From: Eledone cirrhosa
Taxonomy: Eukaryota
DNA length: 64,000 nt
Direction of reading: 5' to 3'
Assembly: GCA_964016885.1 (NCBI GenBank)
Contig: OZ024743.1
Span: 267,530,001-267,594,000 of the forward strand
This document shows positions 31,800 through 47,117 of this stretch, in pieces. Under the pieces are notes generated by a model that was not told the DNA's origin, ran no database searches, and saw only the letters and a program-made list of their open reading frames with translations. The translations under genes and the position numbers were made by a program. The number at the start of each line of letters is the position of its first letter. The stretch's first letter is position 1.

Positions 31800-34700
31800 C
31801 CTTGTCTGGCTTTCTGGAGAATAGAGGAAAGGTGTTTCCTAAAAAACTAGTATGACTCTAAAAACCGGTTTGTCTGTGTGTTTACATACAGAATAGCTGG
31901 ACACTCACAGTAAAGTGACCAGTGAAAAACTCGGTACATCTACATATGTATACGTGTGTGTATTCATATGCATACTAGTATTTCAGTATACATATGTGGA
32001 TGTACATTTTTTTAACTTAATTGTTTAAGCGTCAGTCATACAAAAGTGAGTTACAAACGAAACGAAATTTAATTTCGTTTCGTTATTTGTTTTTATCGTC
32101 TCCGTTGAACCGGTACGTACTCACGCTCTATGCAAATTAGTCTGCCCACTACTAATTTTCATAGAAAAAGCATATAACGATATGTGCTTTTACGATTCTC
32201 TAGAGAGGCCGGAAGATAGGTAAATATTGCTGATGAGATGTAACAACATCGAAACTAGTTCAATATTCCTTGTCTGGCTTTCTGGAGAATAGAGGAAAGG
32301 TGTTTCCTCAAAAACCAGTATGACTCTAAAAACCGGTTTGTCTGTGTGTTTACATACAGAATAGCTGGACACTCACAGTAAAGTGACCAGTGAAAAACTC
32401 GGTACATCTACATATGTATACGTGTGTGTATTCATATGCATACTAGTATTTCAGTATACATATGTGGATGTACATTTTTTTAACTTAATTGTTTAAGCGT
32501 CAGTCATACAAAAGTGAGTTACAAACGAAACGAAATTTAATTTCGTTTCGTTATTTGTTTTTATCGTCTCCGTTGAACCGGTACGTACTCACGCTCTATG
32601 CAAATTAGTCTGCCCACTACTAATTTTCATAGAAAAAGCATATAACGATATGTGCTTTTACGATTCTCTAGAGAGGCCGGAAGATAGGTAAATATTGCTG
32701 ATGAGATGTAACAACATCGAAACTAGTTCAATATTCCTTGTCTGGCTTTCTGGAGAATAGAGGAAAGGTGTTTCCTCAAAAACCAGTATGACTCTAAAAA
32801 CCGGTTTGTCTGTGTGTTTACATACAGAATAGCTGGACACTCACAGTAAAGTGACCAGTGAAAAACTCGGTACATCTACATATGTATACGTGTGTGTATT
32901 CATATGCATACTAGTATTTCAGTATACATATGTGGATGTACATTTTTTTAACTTAATTGTTTAAGCGTCAGTCATACAAAAGTGAGTTACAAACGAAACG
33001 AAATTTAATTTCGTTTCGTTATTTGTTTTTATCGTCTCCGTTGAACCGGTACGTACTCACGCTCTATGCAAATTAGTCTGCCCACTACTAATTTTCATAG
33101 AAAAAGCATATAACGATATGTGCTTTTACGATTCTCTAGAGAGGCCGGAAGATAGGTAAATATTGCTGATGAGATGTAACAACATCGAAACTAGTTCAAT
33201 ATTCCTTGTCTGGCTTTCTGGAGAATAGAGGAAAGGTGTTTCCTCAAAAACCAGTATGACTCTAAAAACCGGTTTGTCTGTGTGTTTACATACAGAATAG
33301 CTGGACACTCACAGTAAAGTGACCAGTGAAAAACTCGGTACATCTACATATGTATACGTGTGTGTATTCATATGCATACTAGTATTTCAGTATACATATG
33401 TGGATGTACATTTTTTTAACTTAATTGTTTAAGCGTCAGTCATACAAAAGTGAGTTACAAACGAAACGAAATTTAATTTCGTTTCGTTATTTGTTTTTAT
33501 CGTCTCCGTTGAACCGGTACGTACTCACGCTCTATGCAAATTAGTCTGCCCACTACTAATTTTCATAGAAAAAGCATATAACGATATGTGCTTTTACGAT
33601 TCTCTAGAGAGGCCGGAAGATAGGTAAATATTGCTGATGAGATGTAACAACATCGAAACTAGTTCAATATTCCTTGTCTGGCTTTCTGGAGAATAGAGGA
33701 AAGGTGTTTCCTCAAAAACCAGTATGACTCTAAAAACCGGTTTGTCTGTGTGTTTACATACAGAATAGCTGGACACTCACAGTAAAGTGACCAGTGAAAA
33801 ACTCGGTACATCTACATATGTATACGTGTGTGTATTCATATGCATACTAGTATTTCAGTATACATATGTGGTTGTACATTTTTTTAACTTAATTGTTTAA
33901 GCGTCAGTCATACAAAAGTGAGTTACAAACGAAACGAAATTTAATTTCGTTTCGTTATTTGTTTTTATCGTCTCCGTTGAACCGGTACGTACTCACGCTC
34001 TATGCAAATTAGTCTGCCCACTACTAATTTTCATAGAAAAAGCATATAACGATATGTGCTTTTACGATTCTCTAGAGAGGCCGGAAGATAGGTAAATATT
34101 GCTGATGAGATGTAACAACATCGAAACTAGTTCAATATTCCTTGTCTGGCTTTCTGGATATAGAGGAAAGGTGTTTCCTCAAAAACCAGTATGACTCTAA
34201 AAACCGGTTTGTCTGTGTGTTTACATACAGAATAGCTGGACACTCACAGTAAAGTGACCAGTGAAAAACTCGGTACATCTACATATGTATACGTGTGTGT
34301 ATTCATATGCATACTAGTATTTCAGTATACATATGTGGGTGTACATTTTTTTAACTTAATTGTTTAAGCGTCAGTCATACAAAAGTGAGTTACAAACGAA
34401 ACGAAATTTAATTTCGTTTCGTTATTTGTTTTTATCGTCTCCGTTGAACCGGTACGTACTCACGCTCTATGCAAATTAGTCTGCCCACTACTAATTTTCA
34501 TAGAAAAAGCATATAACGATATGTGCTTTTACGATTCTCTAGAGAGGCCGGAAGATAGGTAAATATTGCTGATGAGATGTAACAACATCGAAACTAGTTC
34601 AATATTCCTTGTCTGGCTTTCTGGAGAATAGAGGAAAGGTGTTTCCTCAAAAACCAGTATGACTCTAAAAACCGGTTTGTCTGTGTGTTTACATACAGAA

Positions 34701-35768
34701 TAGCTGGACACTCACAGTAAAGTGACCAGTGAAAAACTCGGTACATCTACATATGTATACGTGTGTGTATTCATATGCATACTAGTATTTCAGTATACAT
34801 ATGTGGATGTACATTTTTTTAACTTAATTGTTTAAGCGTCAGTCATACAAAAGTGAGTTACAAACGAAACGAAATTTAATTTCGTTTCGTTATTTGTTTT
34901 TATCGTCTCCGTTGAACCGGTACGTACTCACGCTCTATGCAAATTAGTCTGCCCACTACTAATTTTCATAGAAAAAGCATATAACGATATGTGCTTTTAC
35001 GATTCTCTAGAGAGGCCGGAAGATAGGTAAATATTGCTGATGAGATGTAACAACATCGAAACTAGTTCAATATTCCTTGTCTGGCTTTCTGGAGAATAGA
35101 GGAAAGGTGTTTCCTCAAAAACCAGTATGACTCTAAAAACCGGTTTGTCTGTGTGTTTACATACAGAATAGCTGGACACTCACAGTAAAGTGACCAGTGA
35201 AAAACTCGGTACATCTACATATGTATACGTGTGTGTATTCATATGCATACTAGTATTTCAGTATACATATGTGGATGTACATTTTTTTAACTTAATTGTT
35301 TAAGCGTCAGTCATACAAAAGTGAGTTACAAACGAAACGAAATTTAATTTCGTTTCGTTATTTGTTTTTATCGTCTCCGTTGAACCGGTACGTACTCACG
35401 CTCTATGCAAATTAGTCTGCCCACTACTAATTTTCATAGAAAAAGCATATAACGATATGTGCTTTTACGATTCTCTAGAGAGGCCGGAAGATAGGTAAAT
35501 ATTGCTGATGAGATGTAACAACATCGAAACTAGTTCAATATTCCTTGTCTGGCTTTCTGGAGAATAGAGGAAAGGTGTTTCCTCAAAAACCAGTATGACT
35601 CTAAAAACCGGTTTGTCTGTGTGTTTACATACAGAATAGCTGGACACTCACAGTAAAGTGACCAGTGAAAAACTCGGTACATCTACATATGTATACGTGT
35701 GTGTATTCATATGCATACTAGTATTTCAGTATACATATGTGGATGTACATTTTTTTAACTTAATTGTT

Positions 35769-35884
<116 letters not shown>

Positions 35885-35918
35885 AATATATACATATATA
35901 TATATCTATATATATATG

Positions 35919-35990
<72 letters not shown>

Positions 35991-36007
35991 TATATATAAA
36001 TATATAA

Positions 36008-36062
<55 letters not shown>

Positions 36063-36081
36063 TATAGATATAGATATATAG

Positions 36082-36157
<76 letters not shown>

Positions 36158-36298
36158 CCAAAGATGTGGCTTCGATTCCCATGTACGTCAATACTCAACT
36201 TTTTCCATTTATCTGAGGATTCCAAACCCCATTATCAGACTAAAATTTCTTTAGTCAGAAATACGGTGAAAGCTTATATATATATATACACATATGTA

Positions 36299-36342
<44 letters not shown>

Positions 36343-36387
36343 ATGTATATATTATATCATATTATATAATAATATAATATCATATTA

Positions 36388-36598
36388 TGGGGTATCGGTA
36401 GAGCATCGGAGACCATGCTTTGTGGCATAGTCTTACTGCCCTTTACGTTCAGAGTTCAAATCCCGCCGAGGTTACCTTTCCCTTTCATACTTAGGAAGCT
36501 GAAAAATAAAGCACTAGTAATGCGCTGGGGTCGATTTATCGACTCCGGTACGACCAACCCCAAATTGCTGACCTTGTACCTATAGTGGAAATCATTAC
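36388..36598 (+). mobile_element. SINE S1
   Basis: gtatcggtagagc head, gagttcaaatcccgccgagg, core and tail. Confidence 0.8.
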
Positions 36599-36659
36599 AT
36601 ATACATATGTATATAAATATGTACGTTTATATATAACTATATATATATATATATATGTA

Positions 36660-37325
36660 GGAGGCGAGTTTTATTGTAGTACAATAAAGCAATGCAAATA
36701 TCGGATAAGTAGCACTCAACACTTTATAGGACTAGTGTATAAATAATATAAAATCAAAAGATGGTTAAAAGAGTTCCATGTATTTTATTATGCGCATTTC
36801 AAAAAACTTTATATAAAAAGTATTCTTAATTCCTTTTTCTTTAATCATAAGCATCACCATTCATAAACCTCATTAACTTTTAATTTCTTAATTTTTTTAA
36901 TAATCTTAATTTTTTTAATAATCTTACAACGGTTTTTTTTTATTTCTCACTGTGAGACAGTGTTTCTCAGTATTAAAGGCTCTCTCTCTCCCTCACTTCT
37001 TTTCTCCTCCTCTCACATCCTTCCATCTTATACTCCTCCTCCGTCATCCTTTCCTTATTATTATTTTTTTTTCTTCTATCTATATTCTTTCTTCATCTTA
37101 CTTACCTTCTTCTTCCCCCCTTCCTTTCCTTTTTTCCAATCTCATATATCCATCTTATTTTATTTTTCATATGTTGATTTAACACTTCACTGCTCGCAAG
37201 TGTATGTTAAGCTTCATATCATGTCTCCGTATTTTATCTGATGAGAACGCAAATATCATCCCATGATGATATTTGTTTTTGAAATGCGCATAAAATACAT
37301 GGAACTCTTTTAACCATCTTTTTAT

Positions 37326-37332
<7 letters not shown>
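36660..37332. mobile_element. Fold-back PLE-type 3' fragment in (TA)n with hammerhead
   Basis: 36756-36807 is the reverse complement of about 37275-37323; (TA)n flanks. Confidence 0.7.
37229..37298 (+). ncRNA. Type I hammerhead ribozyme with long stem II (3-nt deletion in stem I of this copy)
   Basis: gtattttat-CTGATGA-gaacgcaaatatcatc ccat gatgatatttgttttt-GAAA-tgcgca-TA-aaatac. The inverted left arm keeps ataaaatac, a perfect 9-bp stem I partner. Confidence 0.75.
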
Positions 37333-37373
<41 letters not shown>

Positions 37374-37375
<2 letters not shown>

Positions 37376-37559
37376 CGAAGGGGGTGTGGTAAGGAACCAG
37401 ATGGGCCATAACGCACCAGAGTTCTCAATACTTAGGTTAGTAGAGTGGGTAATAGGAAAATGTATGACCCTGACGGCAGAGCTCAAGCTGTTTCGTCGGC
37501 TATTTCTCAGAAATAACCGTCGAAACGGCTTGAGCTCTGCCGTCGGGGTCAAACATTTT

Positions 37560-37561
<2 letters not shown>
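37374..37561. mobile_element. Family A fold-back (diverged copy, long tail to the left)
   Basis: Homologous to 1661-1848 in reverse orientation; fold centre about 37508; (TA)n flanks. Confidence 0.75.
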
Positions 37562-37617
<56 letters not shown>

Positions 37618-38459
37618 TATATTAATATGCGCGCGCGTGTATATGTGCGTGTGTGTACGTGTCTGTGCCCGCTGTGTATATGTGTGGAGAGTTTCTCTGT
37701 TAGTGTCGTTGTTTTGAATGCGTGTAGTTTACAGTCTGTTTGGTTCGCGAATGAGATATCAAGAGTTCGAATTGTGGAGACACAGATACGTTATCTTCAC
37801 TTTACTCCAAACCTACTTCAAAATTCCAACCTATTCACACCTTGTAAATGGGGAATTTTCAGGCACTTGCGTGTTAATATCCTGGGCAGGCTGTTCAATA
37901 GATCAAACAACTTGAACACTCGTCCTTGGAACTAATAAAGACTTAAAATAATGTTATTGTTTATCACCCAGTCACTCTGTTTATCTCTTAAGAATTTTAC
38001 GTCGAAATCATTTAGTCTACGAATGGTTCATTGGATTTACTAGTAATGCTAGCAAAATTACACTATAATGTGTATTTGCACATTGCGTGTGCCGGTTTCT
38101 ATGTAGTATTGTGTTTGTAGTGTCTGTGTGTGTAACATGTGTGTTTAAAAGTCTGCGTGAGTGAGTGTGTGTGTTTGAATGAAAGTTGCAACGAAGTCAG
38201 AACATGAAAAGATAAAATAAATTAAAGAACGATAGATACAATGAATGAAAGAAAGAAAGAAACAACTTGAGAAATTGAAAAGTAATGCTAATAGAAGGAA
38301 GAAAGTAAATATAATATTGATGTGTATTAAATATAGAAGTCAGTCAAGGAATAAGAGAAGGAATGACAGAATGAATTAGTACAGATGAAGAATGAGAAGA
38401 AGAAAAAGAGGTGAGGATAAGGTGAAGGAAGAATAGGTGGAGAAGAAGAAGAAGAAGAA

Positions 38460-38490
<31 letters not shown>

Positions 38491-38520
38491 AAGAAGAAGA
38501 AGAAGAAGAAGAAGAAGAAG

Positions 38521-38551
<31 letters not shown>

Positions 38552-39160
38552 CTGCGAATGAAATATATAAAGAAAGAAAAAAAAGAAGAAAAAAGTATGA
38601 AAGAATATCTAGCCATTTTGATGCAATACGTAAAAAATATATATATTACCAAAAAAAAGATATAATAACAATAATAAGATAATGAATAGAAGGAAGAGAA
38701 AAGTATAGAATGAAAATAAAACAATGCTGTAAAGAAGAACGAAGAATCGTGTAGATAGCAGAGCATCAATGATCATGAAGAAATGGAAGGTGAATGGTGG
38801 AGTAAAACAAAACAAAATATACTGGAAGTGAGGAAGAAAGAAAATTAGCATAAATATTATTGAAAGCAACAACAACAATATCAACAACAAATACATCGGC
38901 AACAACTACAACGACAGCAATAACAACTGCAACAACAATATCATCACCATCGCCAACATAATAACAATGGCAGGGATGACAAAAGAACCAATGACAACAA
39001 CAGCAACAACAACAAACACATTGCCAACGTATACATGCATGTAAACAAACACACAGCAATGTGAGCACGTATCTACACGGTGATAAAGAAGGCGAAAGAT
39101 AAGCTGGAGGCGGTGGAACGTACGAGAGGGGAAAAGGCGAGAGTGTAAGTGTATTATATA

Positions 39161-39250
<90 letters not shown>

Positions 39251-39269
39251 CGTGTGTGTGTGTATGTGC

Positions 39270-39302
<33 letters not shown>

Positions 39303-39347
39303 CATACATATGTGTATATACATATATATAAATATATATATATATAA

Positions 39348-39378
<31 letters not shown>

Positions 39379-39423
39379 GGTATGGTAAATATATATATAC
39401 GGATAGAGGGAGAGAGTGTGTGT

Positions 39424-39476
<53 letters not shown>

Positions 39477-39722
39477 GGTGAGTGAAAGGGGAAAATCGTG
39501 CGGAAAAAGGAAAGTGATAAGGATTAGGCAGAAAAATTGATGGTACAATAGAAGGATGATGTGGTAGGATTGCCAGTAGATTATAGTATATGTGTGTGTG
39601 TCTATGTTTGTATGTCTGTGTGTATGTCAGTATATGTATGTCTGTGTGTGTGTGTATGTCTGTGTGGATGTATCTCTGTGTGCATGTCAGTATATGTATG
39701 TCTGTCTGTGTGTGTGTGTATG

Positions 39723-39755
<33 letters not shown>

Positions 39756-40427
39756 GTGTGTGTATGTGTATGTGTCTGTGTGTGTGTCTGTGTCTGTGTG
39801 TGTGCCTGTGTGCCGTTGAATATATGCAAATTAGTGACATCTGTCATTGTCCGGTGGACACTTTGCCATATGACAGCCTGTCTGATGGAATATATAGCGT
39901 AGCTAGCTGCTTTACTAACAAGGGGAATGTGCAGTAGTAGTAATACACCGATAAAAGACAAACACTACATACATACACGCACATACACATACAAAAACCT
40001 ACAAACAAACACAGACATACGCAAACAACGCACACACACACAAAAGCATACAAACAAACGGACACACATACACAGAGACACACATACACACATACACACA
40101 CACAAACAGACACATACACAAATACACACAATACAAATGTATTCAAGAACAACCAAAAGAAGAGTGAGAGTGAGATACTGAAGTATCAGTGAAAGCGAGT
40201 AAGGGAGCAAGGGAAAAAGAGAGAGGGAGAGAAGGGGGAGTTGAAGTTAGTGGGGGAGTAAAGCAAAGAGAGAAAATGAGATGCCCAGTGAATGAAAATG
40301 GAATGAAAGAGAATTTAAATGTAGAATGAGAAAGAAATAGATATAATGGTCACAATAAAGAGCTTAGGAAGAGAAACAAGAGACCTTTTTAAATGAGAAA
40401 GGAGGGGTGAAAAATAAAAGATTTAGG

Positions 40428-40481
<54 letters not shown>

Positions 40482-40620
40482 ATGTGGGTGTGTGTGTGTC
40501 TATATATATATATAGAGAGAGAGATACATACATATAGCAACCTATCTATAACACACACACACATATATATGTGCATGTGTGCGTGTGTGTGCGCGTGTGC
40601 GTGTATATGTATATATATAA

Positions 40621-40672
<52 letters not shown>

Positions 40673-40676
<4 letters not shown>

Positions 40677-40833
40677 ATAATAATAAATTTGAAGACTAAA
40701 ATCCAAAGAGGGCTCGATAAAGATAAATATATATCAAATATATAAGAACCGTAGAGCAAATATTTATTAAAATAACAGATTAAAGTCTAAGCAAAGAATC
40801 GCTGCTTTCACCCTTAACGGGATCTTCTGAAAC
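40673..40833 (-). mobile_element. Family B 3' tail abutting (TA)n (probable PLE end); copies at 47699-47750, 47993-48048, 56375-56526, 58363-58494
   Basis: Shared gaagactaaaatccaaagagggctcgata...aacagattaaagtttaagcaaagaatcgctgctttc. Minus strand has a decayed hammerhead-like cagaaga-tccc gttaa gggt-gaaagc. Confidence 0.6.
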
Positions 40834-41456
40834 TAACAAAGTCAATCTGTAAACGCAGAACTGGATATTTCAAAAAACGTTGCAACCGGAGGAAGACAGG
40901 AAGATGATACTTTGGTTCGTGGCAACGTTCGCTGGCAAAGAACGGGAAAAAACGAATAATTCGTCATTAATAGGAGCGGTGAAAAACAATTACGCGCAAA
41001 TATATATGTATGTATATATATATATATATATAATTGAATATAAAAGAGAGATAAACACAGATATATACGTATATGTGTTCAAATCGCAAGGGACCAGAGG
41101 ACCAGATTCGCTAGGGTGAAAAAAATCTAACTATGAACAATAGGGTTTGCCAGACTCAATTTAAAACAATGAATCAAGAAAAGAAATACAAACCGATATT
41201 GGGTAACAGCCAGATACCCAGAGATCTTTTGGTATGGCTGTTTTGCAATTTTAGCGAAGGGAGTAACCAATTCTTTGCTCATCAGAGGGTGTAAAATTAG
41301 TAAACCCTAAAATTAGTAAACCCTATTGGCAGTTGCCCAATGTCTGTTTGTATTTCTTTTCTTGATTTATTATTCATATATATATATATATTACACATCA
41401 ACAAAGCATATAACTAATTGCTTACACACACACACACACACATACACACATATATA

Positions 41457-41492
<36 letters not shown>

Positions 41493-41548
41493 AATAAAGA
41501 TTCAGCGAGAATCGCATTTTCGGCGGGCAGAAAAAGCGAAGCGAAACG

Positions 41549-41608
<60 letters not shown>

Positions 41609-41963
41609 TATATATTTCAAATAAGTCTGTATTTTGATAATATGTATTATTTCATATTTGCTAAATATTTCATGCTTAATTTGAAAAGGTAAAGTTCCTA
41701 TAGTTGATGCCTTTAGTGCTCCATCTTCATAATCAGAATATTCATAATTTTTTCCTATTAGTTACGTGGTTGCAGAGTTACAGAGAGTCCTGCATTTTGG
41801 AACGTATATTTTCCAATTGATGGATAAAGAACTAATGCAAAACACGTGTAATCCTTAATTAAAAAAGATCCATCTGGAACACAGTAATATTGTTTCGTTA
41901 TGACGTATGAAAAATAAAGCTGCTCCCTACTCTCTCTCTCTCTCCCTCTCTCTCTATCTCTCC

Positions 41964-41995
<32 letters not shown>

Positions 41996-44900
41996 TTCTG
42001 ACGCACACACACACACACACACACATACGTACTCACACTCACAAACACACAAATATGCGAATGAATGGACTTTTATGGATTTTTAGGGATTTTGTCATAT
42101 GATAAATATTTCTGATTATTAATCTGGTGTGTGTAGGAGAACTGAACAACATTTTCTTACATAAAATTATGATTAATGTTATATAAACACTTTAAAAATA
42201 TTAACACTTTAAAAACAAACGTTTCTTATGTTAGAATCAATGAACCATTCCCTGCGGTTTGGTATTTAAAGCGTTAACCACATACAAAATTTCGAATTTA
42301 AATATAAAGGAATCGTAAATTTCGAGGGTAAAAAGTAGACAAGTGTTATCCTTTTCCAATGAAACGACAGAAGATAATGTACCAAAAAATAGAATCCTGC
42401 TTACGAATTTCCTCATAGTAAATAACTGTGAACGTCTATCATTCCTGTCATGAAGAAACATTTATTAATGGTGAATCTCTACAAGGTAAGTAGCACTTAC
42501 CACATGTTAATTTTTAGGTCTATCTTTTTTCATTGGTTTATCGAAAACAAAAATAAATAAACCGACAGTTTATTTCGATGTTTGTTCATTTACTTAGTAG
42601 TTTTTTTCCATCAAAATTTACGATAACCGAAACTTCTATAAATAGCAGACATGTGTATAATGTTCATGTCCTATTTTCCCACTGACGAGTACTAGACGTT
42701 TGAAACATTAATAATAGTGTAGTGCCATTTTACTTGGATGTGAATTTTGATAGCTTATGGTATAGATTGTGTTGCGTTGCACACATTTTCACTAACACAT
42801 AATCGTTCAGATAGGAAGAGAAACATGCACAATAGATATATATAAGTCTGCGTGTGTTTTTATGTCTGTTTGTGTTTGTGACTGTGCTTTTTAGTATGTG
42901 TATATGCATAGAAAAAGGAAAGGAACCGGTCATCAGATCAAACCAAATATACTATATCTCAATTGCTCTTCAACATCCTGACATTATCTGCCAGTTGTAA
43001 CCCCTGAAAGATGAATATGAGAGGGTCTCATCATATACCGCAATACCACAACGTATTTTGCTTGACGTTTTAACTGTACCACTATTCCATAGCGCCTGTA
43101 CTGGGATTTTATTTATCGTCATAGATATGATGACAGACAAAGTTGAGATGGATGTGATTTGAACTCAGAGAGAAGGAAGCCGGATCAAATATCGAATGAG
43201 TTAATCCGATGCTCTAGAAATGCTAACAATATGTCGTCTATATCGAGAAACATCTATATAAGGAGAGGAGGAAAGAGTTAAAACATAACATATTTCAATA
43301 GTAATATCTAGCTGTATTGTTATTGCTGCAAATAAAGTTCATGAATTAGAATCAACTCATATTAAATTCAGTCAGGCGAGTGTTTATTTTTTAATTATAA
43401 AAAAGAGTATTCGTTATTCATGAACACGAAAAAATATTGCATACGAGGAGAATGATAGAAACTAATTATGAGAGATACGGAGGAACAGAGACAGTGCAAG
43501 CACGGCAGTGTGATTAAGTATTTCGTTTCGTAATCACGTGAAGTCGATTTTTGTTCCATTACGTGGTACCTCGGGTGAGTATCTTTTACAAAAAGTGCTA
43601 AATATACAAAAAGTACACAAACACAAACATATAACTGTTTTGTTTTTTTTCATCAGAGTGTGGGATTTGAAACCCCTGCAAAATGTTCCTACCTTAAACG
43701 TTCATATATAAGCAGCATCACTGTGGCACTGGCGTTTTCCACAAAAACCGTCAAGTTACCAGAAGTAGTGAATTTTAAAAAATAAGAGGGGAAATAACAT
43801 TTTGGTCAGGACTGTAATTTAAACTCGCATAAGCAATTTCCTTTCACGCTTGAATTTCACACTAGGTGATACGTTGAAATACTAATTGCAGTATTGTTGT
43901 AATCAAGCCTTGTGTCACCTCTTGATACCAGTTATGTACAAAGGTTTGAAATATTTATCACGGTACTATATGATTCTATATTTGAGCCTAAAAAAACAGG
44001 TGCTCAATAGAATTTTAATCGTTTCCCTTAATATCGGCAGAGCCTAAAATATACTCCATTAATCATTAGGAAAGTAGATTATTTCTTATTTTCATTTTTT
44101 CCTATATAGGTTCGCATCACTGTGTGTTTTCTTTTTTTCGTATAACCACATGATGGTATGTGGGCAATTCTGCTATATGTAGTGAACGTAGCTTTTTATT
44201 CAAGCAATGTTGACCACAATCCAATCATAGCCACTATCAATGAGTTAGGCACCTCAGTTATAAACAATTCCAAATATTACAGCCTACATTGCGTTACCTG
44301 GTTTAGATAACTTTCGTTTCATTTACGAACTAAAGCAATGGTGATAAATTTTATGACTACACTAATGAAAATGGATACACTGTAAAATATCAATAGTCAA
44401 ATCATCGTTCGTCTTTCGCAACAATAGAAATACAGCTTGAAAAGGAATTATTCTACCGGGTAGTCATGCCATAAGATCCATGCTTAGTTCCAACACGCTG
44501 CCAGTACCATATTTTAAATAAATCCTTCTGGTAATTTGTGTTTCCCTCAAAGTTATACAAAGGTTGTGTAATGATTTTAACGTCTCAGTAAAAACCTGAG
44601 AATATTTGAAGTTTTGTAACATGCGATGTTGTGCCGTTCATCAGCCTGTTCCTTTGCAATATCGACCTCAAAAAGATAAAAGACAATATCTACATTGATA
44701 GGATTTGAACTTAGAGCAATATTGTACTTTTTAAAGACTCTTTAATTTCGTTGCAACATATAGGTAGATAGCTAGCCAGATAGGTAGACTGATAGACAAA
44801 CAAGTAGATCGATAAATAGAAGATTAGTCAGACAGATAGATTGGTAGATTAAATAGATAGATAGGTAGAGAAGAAATAGCGTACTGTTTGAGGGTGTGGA

Positions 44901-45611
44901 AGCGATAGAAATAGATGTTAAAATGAAAGTGGAAACGAGAGAGAGTCAGAAAGTGGGTAGATAATAGAATAATGATGTAGAGAAGAGCTAAGCATTCTCA
45001 GTAAAGTAGGCGGAGAGAAATGGCGTATTTGTATATCTGTGAGTTTGTTTGACATAAGTGAAACTGGACAAGATGTAAACACAGATTTACATAAGAACAT
45101 GGAGATTGAGAATAAAGTGTAAGATAGAGAGAGGGTAAATTCTGTATGAGAGTGATAGAAGGAAAATGTGTGAGAGGTTGTGACCGTAATTCTGTTAAGG
45201 AGCAGAAAAGAATTAAAAGAAAGTGAAATAAAAAAGAAATTATAAAAAGATAGAATGAAGGAGGGGATGTCATATTTAGAGTCTGAAAGAGAGAAGGATG
45301 AATTGTGAGAAGTATGTGTTTTGAGTGAATGTACAGATAATTAATATACATGGAGAAATTTATATACACCAAAGATGCGGACTGGGGAGAATGCGAAAGA
45401 TAAGCAAGTGGAGTGTATGATTAATAATTAGAAGTATATATATATATATATGTTTGCGCGTTTTAATATATTTTGAACTACTTCGTTAATTAAGTACCGC
45501 TACATAATATAAAATTATATACAAAATATCATTGTGTACTCTCGAAGACATCTTCCTCAGAATATATTTCTTGTACTTTGAAATTTTGTTGTATTATACT
45601 GATAGCGCTAA

Positions 45612-45705
<94 letters not shown>

Positions 45706-45718
45706 GTATATATATATA

Positions 45719-46054
45719 CAATTAACAACAAAGAGCGCTTAGAACATAGGTATATCTTTAATTGCTAACAGTGTTTCGTCCACACTAGAAGTGGGACTCT
45801 TCAGAGCATAAAGATAAATACAAAGTATACAAGCATTGACAAAGCCAAAACAGAAGAATATATGTGGGGATACCATAAGTTGGGAGGAGTTTAAAGAGTA
45901 AAGTAAAAGGAGCAAAATAAGAGGAGTAAAATAAAAATAAACATAAAAATAAGAAAAAGATTAAGAATAAAAAAAGAATAAGATTAAGAATAAAAATAAA
46001 AATAAAAATAAAAATAATAATAATAATAATAATAATAAAAATAAATATAATAAA

Positions 46055-46089
<35 letters not shown>

Positions 46090-47050
46090 TAAATAAAAAT
46101 AAAAATAAAAATAAAAATGAAAAATGAAAAATAAAAAATAATAAATAATAAAAAATAAAAAATAATAAATAATAAAAAAAATAAATAATAAAAAATAAGA
46201 GATGTTATCAGTCACAGTTGGGGCAGGGTTACGTTAACATACAGCTACATACAATTATATACATAAGCATGAGCACCCGCATACACCTACACACAAGCAC
46301 CCGTATGCAACACATACAGTATACACTAATACAAATAACATATCATAGACGGATGGGCACAAGTTAAGAGGTAGAGATAGATAAAAAATAGATAAGAGGT
46401 AGATAAAAAATAGATAAAAATAGATAAAAAATAGATAAGAAATAGATAAAAATAGCTAAAAAATAGGTAAAAGATAAATAATAAAAAATGAAAAATAAAA
46501 AATAAAAAATAAAAAATAAAAAATAAAAAATAAAAAATAAAAAATAAAAAATAAGATAAAATAAAATAAGATAAAATAAAATAAAATAAAATAAGATAAA
46601 ATAAAATAAAATAAAATAAAATAAAATAAAATAAAATAAAATAATATAAAGTAAAGTAAAATAAATTATTTTTTATTTTTTATTTTTTATTTTTTATTTT
46701 TTATTTTTATTTTTATTTTTATTTTTATTTTTATTTTTATTTTTATTTTTATTTTTATTCTTAATCTTATTCTTTTTTTATTCTTAATCTTATTCTTATT
46801 TTTATGTTTATTTTTATTTTACTCCTCTTATTTTGCTCCTTTTACTTTACTCTTTAAACTCCTCCCAACTTATGGTATCCCCACATATATTCTTCTGTTT
46901 TGGCTTTGTCAATGCTTGTATACTTTGTATTTACTCTTTATGCTCTGAAGAGTCCCACTTCTAGTGTGGACGAAACACTGTTAGCAATTAAAGATATACC
47001 TATGTTCTAAGCGCTCTTTGTTGTTAATTGTATTACGGCTCTGGCCTCTT
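45719..47050. mobile_element. Fold-back PLE-type 3' fragment in (TA)n with a canonical hammerhead on each arm
   Basis: 45719-46020 is a near-perfect reverse complement of about 46720-47030; switch at about 46665 inside (TAAAA)n/(TTTTA)n. Confidence 0.85.
46941..46986 (+). ncRNA. Type I hammerhead ribozyme (minus copy 45763-45808)
   Basis: tgct-CTGAAGA-gtcc cac ttcta gtg t ggac-GAAAC-act-GTT-agca. Confidence 0.85.
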
Positions 47051-47060
47051 ATATATTATG

Positions 47061-47115
<55 letters not shown>

Positions 47116-47117
<2 letters not shown>

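Noticed and set aside
36157-36275. Continuation of the RTE ORF beyond the 468 array
   Set aside because: No RTE motifs in translation, so I cannot claim the array split the LINE.
42419-42491. Possible host exon (ctcatag ... acaag|gtaagt)
   Set aside because: Good donor match but stops in all three frames; a non-coding exon cannot be supported without RNA data.
42682-42712. ctgacga...gaaac hammerhead-like boxes
   Set aside because: Stems II and III do not pair adequately and there is no fold-back or TA context.
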